Shown piece by piece: positions 42,325 through 51,850 of a stretch of DNA of 64,000 nucleotides. Made by a program: the position numbers and the translations under genes. This DNA is from Candidatus Multivoradales bacterium (GTDB lineage Bacteria > Acidobacteriota > Thermoanaerobaculia > Multivoradales > J023), in the NCBI GenBank assembly GCA_965248925.1, contig CBDFLE010000006.1, positions 1,568,001 through 1,632,000 on the forward strand. The letters run 5' to 3'. The notes under the pieces were generated by a model. The model saw nothing but the letters and a program-made list of their open reading frames with translations, did not search any database and had not been told where the DNA came from. Each line of letters opens with the position of its first letter. Position 1 is the first letter of the stretch.

Positions 42325-43725
42325 ATGGCCACCCAGCCTGTCACCGACAGCAGCCCGAAGAGCCAGCGCCTATCGCCCGTCGACCTCTCCTGGTTGCGCA
42401 TGGACGAGACGGCGAACCGGATGATCATCACCGGCATGATGTTCTTTGAGCGGCCGCTTGAGCAGGACGAATTCAGCCAGCTGCTCGACCAACGCCTGGC
42501 CTCGATTCCCCTCTTCCGCCGCCGCATCGTGGTCGGCCCGCGCGGCCGCGCTCACTGGCAGGAAGATCCAGCCTTCGACATCGGCCATCACCTGCACAGC
42601 TTGGATCTAGATCCGCCGGTCGATAAAGCAGCGCTGGAAAGGGCGGTCGGCAGCTTGATGAGCCGCCCTTTGAACGACAGCCACCCGCCGTGGGGTTTCT
42701 GGTTGGTGCCCTTCGAGGGTGGAACGGTCATGCTGTCGCGGCTGCACCACTCAATTGGCGATGGTGTCGCTCTGATGCTGGTGTTGTTGTCAATGACCGA
42801 GTTCGAACCTCCGGTGGCGGCTCAAGCCGAGAGCGACAATCCAATCCGCACCCTCCTCTGCGGCGGCGAGGTCGACCCCCGTGGCCTGGAGATCGCCCAT
42901 CAGATCATGCCCGAAGTGATGGGCCTGATGACCCGTCGCGGCGGCGGCAGCCCGCGCGGCAGCAAGCTCGGCCTGGGACTCAAGTTGTTGGGCTCGCTGA
43001 CCAGTTTGACCTTTCGTTCGGCGGATCCAAGCACCCGCTTCAAAGGCTCGCTGACCACCGACAAGCGCGTCGCCTGGTCCGAGTCCATCGATCTCGACGA
43101 GGTGCGGGCAATCAAGCAGCATCTCGGCGGGACGCTGAACGATCTCTTGCTGACCGCCCTGACCGGCGCCTTGCGGCGCTACCTGGAAGCCAAGGGGGAA
43201 TCAGTCTCTGGGCTCGACTTCCGCGCCACGGTGCCGGTTTCGATCCGCAAACTCGAAGACTTGAGCGCCCTGGGCAACCGTTTCGGTTTGATCTTCCTCT
43301 CCTTGCCGGTAGGCATCGCCGATCCCGTCTCTCGGCTCGCCGAGCTACAGCGGCGCACCACGGCCCTCAAGGGTTCAGTCGAAGCCGGCGTGGTCTACGG
43401 CGTCCTCCACGCCCTGGGGCACTCGCCACGCTGGGCTCATCGCTTGGTGTTGAAGATCTTCGGCACCAAAGCGACCGCCGTGGTCACCAATGTGCCCGGC
43501 CCGCGGCAACAGCTCTACCTCTGCGGCAATCCGATCCGCGACATGCTCTTCTGGGTCCCCCAAGCCGGCCGGCTGGGGCTCGGCATCAGCATCGCCAGCT
43601 ACAACGGCCAGGTCCGCCTCGGGGTCACCACCGACGCCGCGCTGGTGCCCGACCCGAGCAGCATTGTCAGCGCTTTCCACGACGAACTCGAACACCTGCG
43701 CACCCTGCTGCCGGCTGCACCTTGA
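42325..43725 (+). CDS. Wax ester synthase / diacylglycerol acyltransferase
   Basis: LSPVDLSWLRMD, HHSIGDG (HHxxxDG), TLND, TNVPGP, SYNGQV. Confidence 0.95.
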   Translation: MATQPVTDSSPKSQRLSPVDLSWLRMDETANRMIITGMMFFERPLEQDEFSQLLDQRLASIPLFRRRIVVGPRGRAHWQEDPAFDIGHHLHSLDLDPPVDKAALERAVGSLMSRPLNDSHPPWGFWLVPFEGGTVMLSRLHHSIGDGVALMLVLLSMTEFEPPVAAQAESDNPIRTLLCGGEVDPRGLEIAHQIMPEVMGLMTRRGGGSPRGSKLGLGLKLLGSLTSLTFRSADPSTRFKGSLTTDKRVAWSESIDLDEVRAIKQHLGGTLNDLLLTALTGALRRYLEAKGESVSGLDFRATVPVSIRKLEDLSALGNRFGLIFLSLPVGIADPVSRLAELQRRTTALKGSVEAGVVYGVLHALGHSPRWAHRLVLKIFGTKATAVVTNVPGPRQQLYLCGNPIRDMLFWVPQAGRLGLGISIASYNGQVRLGVTTDAALVPDPSSIVSAFHDELEHLRTLLPAAP

Positions 43726-43744
43726 AGTCGCGGGCAGACCGCCG

Positions 43745-44965
43745 ATGAGCCCCAAGTCGAAGTCCGCGAACGATGCGGAGACCCTGATCCTGAGCTTAGC
43801 CCAAGCCCTGCACGCCTACGGCACGCCGGCCCACCGGCTTGAAGAAGCGATGAGCCTACTGGCCCGGCGACTGGGGCTGACCGGCCAATTCTTCGCCACC
43901 CCGACCGCCCTCTTCGCCGCCCTGGGCAGCGGCGACGAACAACGCACCCGCTTGCTGCGGGTCGAGCCCGGCCAAGTCGACTTGGAGAAACTCTCGCGCC
44001 TTGACCGGGTGCTGACCCGAGCCCTGGCTGGCGAACTCGGTCCCCGCCAAGCCATCCGGCACATTCACCGGGTGGTCGCGGCCGCACCGCGCTACGGCCG
44101 CTTGGCTACCACCCTGGCCTTCGCTCTGGCTTCGGCAACCGCGGCCTACTTTCTTGGCGGCGGCTGGCCCGAGATCGGCGCTGGCGGCGCCGTCGGCTTG
44201 GGTGTCGGTTTGATGACCCTGCTGATCGACCGAATACCGGCCAGCCGCCGGCTGTACGAAATTCTGGCGGCGACTCTGGCCGCTGCACTGGCCACTTCGA
44301 TAGCCGCACTCAGCGGCCAGCTGGCAGCGCCGATTGCCACCCTCGCCGGTCTGATCATCCTACTGCCGGGACTCAACCTGACCATCGCCATGAGCGAACT
44401 CGCCACTCGCCATCTGGTCTCAGGTGCTTCGCGAATGGCCGGCGTTTCGCTGGTTTTCTTGACCCTCGGTTTCGGCACCGCTCTCGGCCGCCACCTGGGC
44501 ACCTTGGTGGCCGGGCCGGCACCGATAGTGATTCCGCAACCGCCGCCCTGGCCAACCGTGTTGGTGGCACTACCGCTGGCGGCCTTGAGCTTCGTGGTGC
44601 TGTTCCAAGCCCGACCACGGGAGTTCGGCTGGATCACCTTGGTGGGCGCCGCGGCGATCGGCGGTGGCCGGCTAGGGGTAGCCTGGCTCGGCGCCGACCT
44701 GGGGCCCTTCCTCGGCGCGCTGGTGGTTGGTTTGGCCAGCAACTTGCTGGCCCGCTACCGCGATCGTCCCACCGCCCTTACCCAGCTACCGGCGCTGATC
44801 TTGTTGGTACCGGGCTCCCTCGGCCTGCGTAGCATCTCCGCCCTACTGGCCAGCGATACCCTGGCCGGCGTGCAGTCCCTCTTCGGCGTCGCCCTAGTGG
44901 CGGTGTCCTTGGTCGCCGGTTTGCTGATGGCTAACGTTCTGCTGCCGCCACGACGGGTTCTGTAG
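43745..44965 (+). CDS. ThrE-family threonine/serine exporter
   Basis: LHAYGTPAHRLEE, VDLEKL, LLPGL, LLVPGS; many TMs. Confidence 0.9.
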   Translation: MSPKSKSANDAETLILSLAQALHAYGTPAHRLEEAMSLLARRLGLTGQFFATPTALFAALGSGDEQRTRLLRVEPGQVDLEKLSRLDRVLTRALAGELGPRQAIRHIHRVVAAAPRYGRLATTLAFALASATAAYFLGGGWPEIGAGGAVGLGVGLMTLLIDRIPASRRLYEILAATLAAALATSIAALSGQLAAPIATLAGLIILLPGLNLTIAMSELATRHLVSGASRMAGVSLVFLTLGFGTALGRHLGTLVAGPAPIVIPQPPPWPTVLVALPLAALSFVVLFQARPREFGWITLVGAAAIGGGRLGVAWLGADLGPFLGALVVGLASNLLARYRDRPTALTQLPALILLVPGSLGLRSISALLASDTLAGVQSLFGVALVAVSLVAGLLMANVLLPPRRVL

Positions 44966-44977
44966 GTTGTCCTCAGC

Positions 44978-45367
44978 CTACCAGGCGTCGATCTGGAGGC
45001 TCTCGACCTGGTCGAAGTGGCGGTCTCGGGTGGCTAGGATGAGGTTGTGCTGGAGCGCACTGGCGGCAATCCAGATATCGTTCTCCGGGATCGGCCGGCC
45101 CATTCTCTGGAGCTGTGCCTTGAGTGCTCCGTAATGTTCAGCCGTTCTTAAATCGTGCGGTAGCAACGAGCAGAGGTCAACCAGCCTCTCGACCCGCTCC
45201 CGGTTGACCTCAGAGCGGGCTGACTTTGCCGCTCCAAAGAGAAGTTCGCCGACGACCGTCAGGCAGAGGAGCACCTCGATTCCACTACCCCGGCGAGATT
45301 CGAGGTCCACTTCCTGGTTGAGCATGCGGATGGCAACATTGGTATCGAGCAGATATCTACCATTCAT
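44978..45367 (-). CDS. vapC: VapC PIN toxin (intact)
   Basis: YLLDTN, VVGELLFG, PIPENDIWIAA, TRDRHF. Confidence 0.93.
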   Translation of the reverse strand: MNGRYLLDTNVAIRMLNQEVDLESRRGSGIEVLLCLTVVGELLFGAAKSARSEVNRERVERLVDLCSLLPHDLRTAEHYGALKAQLQRMGRPIPENDIWIAASALQHNLILATRDRHFDQVESLQIDAW

Positions 45368-45587
45368 CGAGATCCACCTGCTCGCAGCCCTTCTCGACAG
45401 CCTCCATCATCTCGCGGGCTGACCTGTCGTCCAAAGTGCCAGCAACTTTCATCAGGTCCTCGACCGAAGCTCCGGTGACCCTGGGTGATACCAAGCCATG
45501 GACGAGATCAGCAGCACGCTTCTGTTTGGCAGGTGAAAGTTTGTTCAGGTCGTTAAGGATCTGCTTTTGGATCGCTAGCTGCACCAT
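45357..45587 (-). CDS. Cognate antitoxin
   Basis: 76 aa, RBS GAGGAGG, overlaps the vapC start, acidic C-terminus GCEQVDLDEW. Confidence 0.8.
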   Translation of the reverse strand: MVQLAIQKQILNDLNKLSPAKQKRAADLVHGLVSPRVTGASVEDLMKVAGTLDDRSAREMMEAVEKGCEQVDLDEW

Positions 45588-45712
45588 GGTTAGTGACCTC
45601 CTCGGCACCCACCGCGGGCACTCCATTCATTGTAACCGACAGCGTAGTGCGGTGGCTGCACCACTACTGCCAAACTGCCGAGAGCCCCGCGCCACACGAA
45701 AACCGAACTCAC

Positions 45713-47590
45713 TCAATCAATCTCTTCGAGCTTCTTCGCCAGCGTATTGCGGGCGATGCCCAGCAAGCGGGCAGCACGGCTTCGATTGCCGGCGGCAACT
45801 TCCAAAGCGCGGCGGATGAGGGTGTGTTCGAGACGGCGGGTATTGGCCTTGAGATCGAGGTCGCTATCCGCCGGCACCACCTCTGCTCGCCGCTCAACGC
45901 TGGCGGGGGTGGCCTGAAAACGAATTTCCAGTTGCCCGAAGTCGATCGGCCGACCGCCGACCGCCTGGCGCACCAGGCGCCGGGCCACATGTTCGAGTTC
46001 GCGAATATTACCCGGCCAGGCCCAGCGCTCTAGCGCCATCAGCGCCTTGCGGGTCAACCCCGGTATGTGCTTGCCTTCGGCGGTGGCGAAGCGACGGAGA
46101 AAATGCACTAGAAGCGATTGCATATCGTCCAGGCGATGACGCAGCGGCGGCAGGCTCAACTCGCAGGCGGCCAGGCGAAAATATAGATCGCGACGGAAGT
46201 TACCCTGCTCCATCGCCTGCTGTAAGTCACGGTTGGTGGCGGCAACGATTCGTGCACCAAAAGAGGTTGGCCGGCCACCGACCGGGGTGATTTCGTTCTC
46301 CTGCAGGGCACGCAGCAACTTCGCTTGCAACGTCAGAGCCAGGTCGCCGATTTCGTCGAGAAAGAGAATTCCCTCACCGGCCCGCGCCAGGACACCCGGC
46401 CGCGACCGCACCCCAGTGGCGGCGCCGGGAGCTACACCGAACATCTCAGCTTCCAACAGGTCAGCTGGAATGGCGGCGCAGTTGACCGCGACGAAGGGCT
46501 GCGCCGCGCGCGCTGAGGAGCGGTGGATAAGCCGCGCGATCAGCTCCTTGCCGGTGCCGGTCTCGCCGGTGATCAGGACCGGCGAATCATCCCGCAGCAG
46601 CGCTCTGACCTCGGCCAAGAGCGCCGCCATCGCTGCCGAGCTGCCGACGACAAAACCCGGCGGAAAGCGCAGCACGGCGGGCTCGCTGGGTGGCACGGGC
46701 CCATCGACCGAGCTACCGGGCAGGCCCAAAGCGAGAATCCGCAGCACTAGCCCGAGCAACGGCCGGCTGTGCTCGGCACCCTCAAATTCACCCAAGAACA
46801 CCAGCGCCAAGGAAGGTCTCCCCTGGCGGCCGGCCACCACCCAGGTCGATGACGACCCACCGATAGCAGAGCACTCGAAGACAACCTGGCCAGGCTGCCG
46901 TTCCGCCAAGCGGCCTTCGAGCGCAGGCAAAACGGCGAACTCAGCCAGTGGCAACTCCCCCGCTTTGGCCAACACCACAGGGTCTTCGGCCGACGACAAC
47001 TCGAGCAACGCCGCCCCATGAAGCCGTAGTTTCTCGACCAAGTGATGCAAGACCGAAGGGCCGAATTCGAACCCGGCTCCGGCCTCCGAGACCACCCTCG
47101 CCGCGGCTTCGAGGGACAACTCCACGGCTTGTAATGCCTCGGTCTCGACCCCACTCAGTCCAGTCATGGCGGTGAAGCGAGTCTCCGCTCGACTGCGCAG
47201 CGAATCGCCCACCTGGGCCGCCACCGAGGTCTGCTCCACCGCCAGCACGATTTCGGCGTCGTCGCGGTCTACCTTTTCGAGCCGCAAATCTACCTTGCCG
47301 AAGCGAATTTCTGCCCCGGAAGACACCACGCCACTGTCCACCGGCAGGCCATCGACGCGAGTGCCGTTCTTGCTCCCCAGGTCTTCGACCAGCACCTGCT
47401 CACCCTGGTCGGTCAGCCGAGCGTGGTATCTCGAAACACTGCGGTCGGCCAAGACGATCAGGTTGGAGGGGGCGCTACCCACCGTAGTCTCCACCTCGCG
47501 GAGGGCGAAAAAGCGCTCATCGCCCGCGCGAGCCCCCACCAACCTCCAGCTGGTCGACGAGTTTCGTTGCGCTGCTTTCTGGGTTGTCAT
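45713..47590 (-). CDS. FHA-domain sigma-54 enhancer-binding protein
   Basis: FHA (VGS, SVSRYHA, DLGSKNGT), GETGTGKE, FLDEIG, AATNR, WPGNIREL, Fis HTH; loop 1 reads GAATGV. Confidence 0.93.
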   Translation of the reverse strand: MTTQKAAQRNSSTSWRLVGARAGDERFFALREVETTVGSAPSNLIVLADRSVSRYHARLTDQGEQVLVEDLGSKNGTRVDGLPVDSGVVSSGAEIRFGKVDLRLEKVDRDDAEIVLAVEQTSVAAQVGDSLRSRAETRFTAMTGLSGVETEALQAVELSLEAAARVVSEAGAGFEFGPSVLHHLVEKLRLHGAALLELSSAEDPVVLAKAGELPLAEFAVLPALEGRLAERQPGQVVFECSAIGGSSSTWVVAGRQGRPSLALVFLGEFEGAEHSRPLLGLVLRILALGLPGSSVDGPVPPSEPAVLRFPPGFVVGSSAAMAALLAEVRALLRDDSPVLITGETGTGKELIARLIHRSSARAAQPFVAVNCAAIPADLLEAEMFGVAPGAATGVRSRPGVLARAGEGILFLDEIGDLALTLQAKLLRALQENEITPVGGRPTSFGARIVAATNRDLQQAMEQGNFRRDLYFRLAACELSLPPLRHRLDDMQSLLVHFLRRFATAEGKHIPGLTRKALMALERWAWPGNIRELEHVARRLVRQAVGGRPIDFGQLEIRFQATPASVERRAEVVPADSDLDLKANTRRLEHTLIRRALEVAAGNRSRAARLLGIARNTLAKKLEEID

Positions 47591-47729
47591 TCGCTAGTCA
47601 CCGAGCTAGTTCAAACGGATCCTTGCGCCGCCGTCTTGGGCGAAGAATACCGTATCTGATATTGAGATTCGCCATTCGCCGCAGGCTGCTAGGGTCTGGC
47701 ACCAAGAATGACAATTGTGGGAGAAGAGG

Positions 47730-49262
47730 ATGACCGTTGAATTACAACAGCGCCCCAAACGCCCCAAATCGAGCTGGAAGGTGTTGGTTGGGGCTAGCCT
47801 GCTGAGCCTGGTGGCGATTCCCGTGACCGCCCAGACCAACGACGAGATCAATGCCGGCCTCCAGCTCAGCTTCGCTCCCCCCGGCGCCCGCAGCCTGGCG
47901 CTGGGCGGCGCTTTCAGCGGTTTAGCCGACGACGCCACCGCCGCCTACTCCAATCCCGCCGGGTTGATTTGGTTGAGCGAGTCGGAGATCTCGCTGGAAA
48001 CCCGCCATCGCACCTACCGCACCCGCTACCCGGACACTGGTTCCGCCACCGGCGAGGCCACTGGAATTGGTCTCGATACGGTCGATTCGTTGGTTCTTGC
48101 CGAACGCGAGAGCAGCACCGCTGGGCTTTCTTTTCTGTCCTACGTTCAGGTCATCAATCGCGACTGGCGCGTCGCCCTCTATCGCCACGAACTGGCCGAT
48201 TTCAAGGCCGAGATCGAAAGTCAGGGGCCGTTCATCCGCAGCGATGCCGGCGCCGGCTCTCGCAGCCGCCTGTCGGCGCTCAGCGGCGCCATAAACTTGG
48301 CGATCGACAGCCTGTCGCTCGCCACCGCCTACCGCTTCAACGATCGTTTGTGGCTCGGCGCCGGTATCTCCTGGTTCTCGATCTCGATGCATGCCACCAC
48401 CCACCGTTTCTCCTCCCTGCTGCCCCGCCATCCGAGCAGCAGAGCACGCTTCGACCGGGTGCCGCTGGTCGACGAAAACGAGAACGACCGCCATACCCAA
48501 CGCGCCGACAGCAGTGACCTGGCGGCGCATTTCGGCATCCTGTGGAAAGGTCAGAACAATCGCTGGAGCGTTGGCCTGGCCTACCACTTGCCCCCCACCT
48601 TCGACCTCGACTACGACTTCGAGTGGGGCGCGCGAGCGATCGCCAACGCCGCTGGCGACGCCGATGGGGATGGCATCATCGAAGCCAGCCCCAACCTCAA
48701 CTTCACCGACCCGGCCACTGCCCGAGCCCTCTCCGGCAGCGGCAAATTCCGCGTCCCCGACGTGCTTAGCCTCGGCGCCATGATCCGCCCACGGGTGGCG
48801 CTCACCCTCTCGGTGGAACTGGTGGCGGTGGGCTATTCCCGGCTCGAACCGCAAAGCAATATCCTCCTGCTCGGCTTGGCCAACGGCGGCTCCTGCGGCA
48901 GCTTCGGCCGCGACGGGCAGCCCCACGACGTGCCCTGCACCACCGCCACCGACCGCTTGGCCCGCTTCCGCATCGACGACGCCCTCGAAGCCCATCTCGG
49001 AATCGAATACGTGCTGCGGCGGCGCTGGCCGCTGGCCCTGCGCCTGGGAGCCTGGCACGACCCGGACCACCAACTCCGCTTTGACGGCACCAGCAGCCGG
49101 CCGCCGAACGACCGTTTCGCCCCCCGCTTTCTACCTGGCGAGGACGAAATCCACCTCACCGGCGGCCTCGGCCTGGCCTTGAAGCAGCTGCAAATCGATC
49201 TCGGCGGCGACTTCTCCGACCGCGCCGAAGTGGTCTCTCTTTCTGGGGTCTACCGTTTCTGA
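47730..49262 (+). CDS. FadL-like outer-membrane beta-barrel protein
   Basis: PGARSLALGGAF...ADDATAAYSNPAGL; C-terminal VYRF. Confidence 0.85.
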   Translation: MTVELQQRPKRPKSSWKVLVGASLLSLVAIPVTAQTNDEINAGLQLSFAPPGARSLALGGAFSGLADDATAAYSNPAGLIWLSESEISLETRHRTYRTRYPDTGSATGEATGIGLDTVDSLVLAERESSTAGLSFLSYVQVINRDWRVALYRHELADFKAEIESQGPFIRSDAGAGSRSRLSALSGAINLAIDSLSLATAYRFNDRLWLGAGISWFSISMHATTHRFSSLLPRHPSSRARFDRVPLVDENENDRHTQRADSSDLAAHFGILWKGQNNRWSVGLAYHLPPTFDLDYDFEWGARAIANAAGDADGDGIIEASPNLNFTDPATARALSGSGKFRVPDVLSLGAMIRPRVALTLSVELVAVGYSRLEPQSNILLLGLANGGSCGSFGRDGQPHDVPCTTATDRLARFRIDDALEAHLGIEYVLRRRWPLALRLGAWHDPDHQLRFDGTSSRPPNDRFAPRFLPGEDEIHLTGGLGLALKQLQIDLGGDFSDRAEVVSLSGVYRF

Positions 49263-49479
49263 GCGTGTGGACCGCGGCCAGCCTTTGCCCGTCCCAGCCC
49301 CCACTTTTCCAGCAGCCACAGAGAAGCGAGTGTCGCCACCCCAAGCCACGACTGTAGGCTGACCGACTGCCCCCGTGAGAGCTCCAGCGAGGGCCACATC
49401 GCGATTAGCAAGACCACCAAGCAGCCGGTCGACAGCAGGATTCCGAGCAAGAAGCAGCCGAGACTGGAGAGCCCGACGA

Positions 49480-50754
49480 TCAATCTCGACACTGGCCCGG
49501 CAAGCTGACTGAATAGCGCCCATTGGCACTATAAGTGGCAGCGACATGCCCCACCCCGCCACCGACAAATGTCCACTCGACCACCCCGGTTGCGGCCCCG
49601 AGGTCGAGAGAGGCGGCGGTGATCGACGCAGCGTGCGGAGCGACAATCTCGATCGTCTTGATGAAATTGCCAGCCTCGTCGAAGACCTCGCCGATGGCGA
49701 GCAAGGCAGTGCGACCGCCCTCGACGGCGTAGAAGTCAAACACCGTACCGCCGCTAAAGCCACCGCCGACCAAGAACCGCGTATCCCAGCGGCGGCACAA
49801 CGCCGGTGGACTCGACCAGCTGCCTTTGCGAGTCAGCAAGCCACCGCTGGCAAAGTTCTCCTGAGAATCGAGGGAAAAGTAGTCGGCGTAAATTGGCGGG
49901 CTGTCGACCGGATCAAGGGTCTCCGGATCGAAGGCGTCGACAGTCAGAAAGCCCCGGAAAACAAAGTCAAGCTGCCGCAGGTTGAGGGTCGAAACCCCAC
50001 CGGCAGCCAGCTCGACGGTGATCGTCTTCTGCGGACTGACCGAAGGAGTCTGCTCCCAGAAGAGGCTCAAACGGAGGGTCAAGGGTGATTCCCCGGCATT
50101 GCGTATCGCCAACAGAGTACTCTTCGGGCCACCTCCACCATCGAATCTGAAGTACGGAAGCAGCAGCTGATCCCGTGGCGCGGATGGGAAAGACCAACGT
50201 TGATTCACGTCGCCATGACAGGGAAATACGATCAACGATGTTCCATTGGCCGTTCCTTCCTGAAACACATCGAGGCATTCGTCCGTTGAAAACCGCTTGA
50301 GCTGGAAATCGTCGGGAAAGGAGCCGACAATCTCCCAGTCTAGTGCTTCAGTACCCACCCGGCAATTGCGCAGCACCATCTCCGAGTAGCCAGAGGCGCC
50401 AACCGCCCCGGGAACCAAGCAGGTATCATCCAAGCCCCGAATTCCGATATTGCCGAAGCCGTCGGTGACCAGATCCCACTGTTGATTGTCCTCGCCATGG
50501 CATCCATAGAGCACCACCGGCGTGCCCACGGCAGCGTCTCCACCGAGGATATCCACACACTTGCCACCCACCCCGAGCAGCGGACCCGAGCGCAGCGACA
50601 GAAAAGCTGATGGTTGTGCCGGGTGCTTCGCCTGACCAACAGCAGGCAACCCCAGCCAGCAGAGAGTCACGGTCAAGCAGCCCAACGCCAGTCCACAGAC
50701 TTGGCCAAGGCATGATCGAGGTGAGAAAGAGTACATCGATGGGTAGTGCTTCAT
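49480..50754 (-). CDS. Exported ricin-B (beta-trefoil) lectin-domain protein
   Basis: GKCVDI, CHGEDNQQW, ECLDV, CHGDVNQRW (QxW repeats); RBS AGGAG. Confidence 0.88.
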   Translation of the reverse strand: MKHYPSMYSFSPRSCLGQVCGLALGCLTVTLCWLGLPAVGQAKHPAQPSAFLSLRSGPLLGVGGKCVDILGGDAAVGTPVVLYGCHGEDNQQWDLVTDGFGNIGIRGLDDTCLVPGAVGASGYSEMVLRNCRVGTEALDWEIVGSFPDDFQLKRFSTDECLDVFQEGTANGTSLIVFPCHGDVNQRWSFPSAPRDQLLLPYFRFDGGGGPKSTLLAIRNAGESPLTLRLSLFWEQTPSVSPQKTITVELAAGGVSTLNLRQLDFVFRGFLTVDAFDPETLDPVDSPPIYADYFSLDSQENFASGGLLTRKGSWSSPPALCRRWDTRFLVGGGFSGGTVFDFYAVEGGRTALLAIGEVFDEAGNFIKTIEIVAPHAASITAASLDLGAATGVVEWTFVGGGVGHVAATYSANGRYSVSLPGQCRD

Positions 50755-50838
50755 GATTTATTCTCCTATGTTGAGTTCATCGATAGACCGTTGCCGAAAA
50801 CGAACTCCGCCCACAGCAGACCGCCGCAACAGTCCTGT

Positions 50839-50855
50839 AGCGAGAAAGGTGCCAA
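50839..50855 (-). promoter_or_regulatory. Candidate sigma-54 promoter
   Basis: TTGGCAC-CTTTC-TCGCT (-24 GG / -12 GC) about 85 nt upstream of the lectin gene. Confidence 0.6.
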
Positions 50856-51124
50856 CTTGAAGCAGATCCTGTAAGTTCTGCAATGATGAAAGTTAAGAGA
50901 CTTCTTCCGAGACCAGGCCCGCCTCTGACCTCAGCTCCGCCTGCTCAACACCTGGGCGGTTGCTCACTTGTTGAGCAGCGTATTCGGCCATCGGGTAGGG
51001 GAAACTCTCCAGCAATCGGAGTGGAAGGAGGCCAATGCACACGTCTCGCGTAAGACGTCGCCGTACCCCGTCCCATCTAGCGGCCCGATCTGCTGCATGG
51101 TGATTCTCAAGAGGAGATCCACCA

Positions 51125-51337
51125 TGCAGCAACGAATCGCGAGCTGTCGTCATCAGGTCGAGATCCACTTAGGCAGCCGCCGAGGTCGCGGCGACCTTCT
51201 ACAGCCTGACCGGGTGTGCCACGCTCGGCGGCGGCGAGCCCAATGCGTACCGATTCAAGGCGCCGCGAGCGGCTCTCGAAAGGCCCGGCACTACCACCCT
51301 GCCAGCCCGACCCGGCGAAAGACCAGCGCCAAACTGA
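51125..51337 (+). mobile_element. IS66-family transposase C-terminal remnant
   Basis: AEVAATFYSLTGCATLGGGEPNAYRFKAPRAALERPGTTTLP resembles the IS66 TnpC end (AAxFYSLIESAKLxGVEPxAYL); stops upstream. Confidence 0.65.
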
Positions 51338-51484
51338 TCTTCCCTCTTCGAATCTGAGGCCGCTGTCAAGGCTTGGCAAGGAGAACTCTTAAGCCTAGGC
51401 CGTAGAATGTACATTCGGACCAGCCGCTCGCTCCGTACTAAGAGCCGTTGGCGGCTTACTATCAATTCGGAGTACAGCGCTGCC

Positions 51485-51826
51485 CTAATCGAACAAATGC
51501 ACAACGAGTTTGAACAATCTCTCAGCCGATCCGAGCAGTGTACCCACATAGAACCCCAAAACAAATTCCGGAAATATGAAGCCGAGCAGGGCGGACCCCA
51601 GGGACATCCACTTGAATACGTTCAGCGCAGAGTTCGGTGTTTGCCAGGCAGCGACGAGCAGAATTAATAACCCATAAATCCCCAAAGCAAAGAAGACAGC
51701 AGAGACGGCGCCGATAGCACCCAGCAGTCTGAACATGCAGCCTGGAGATTTCTTCTCTTCAGCCTCCGCCGGGCCGCTCCCGTTGGCAACCTCTTGATCT
51801 TGCTGCTTCATGATTCCGATCTCCAT
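51485..51826 (-). CDS. Small membrane protein
   Basis: Two to three hydrophobic segments; follows 51851-53155 on the same strand. Confidence 0.6.
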   Translation of the reverse strand: MEIGIMKQQDQEVANGSGPAEAEEKKSPGCMFRLLGAIGAVSAVFFALGIYGLLILLVAAWQTPNSALNVFKWMSLGSALLGFIFPEFVLGFYVGTLLGSAERLFKLVVHLFD

Positions 51827-51850
51827 TGTCTATCAGGACTTATCGTCTAG

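Noticed and set aside
49250-49492. 80-aa hydrophobic ORF
   Set aside because: Overlaps both neighbours, no clear RBS or family; possible but unsupported
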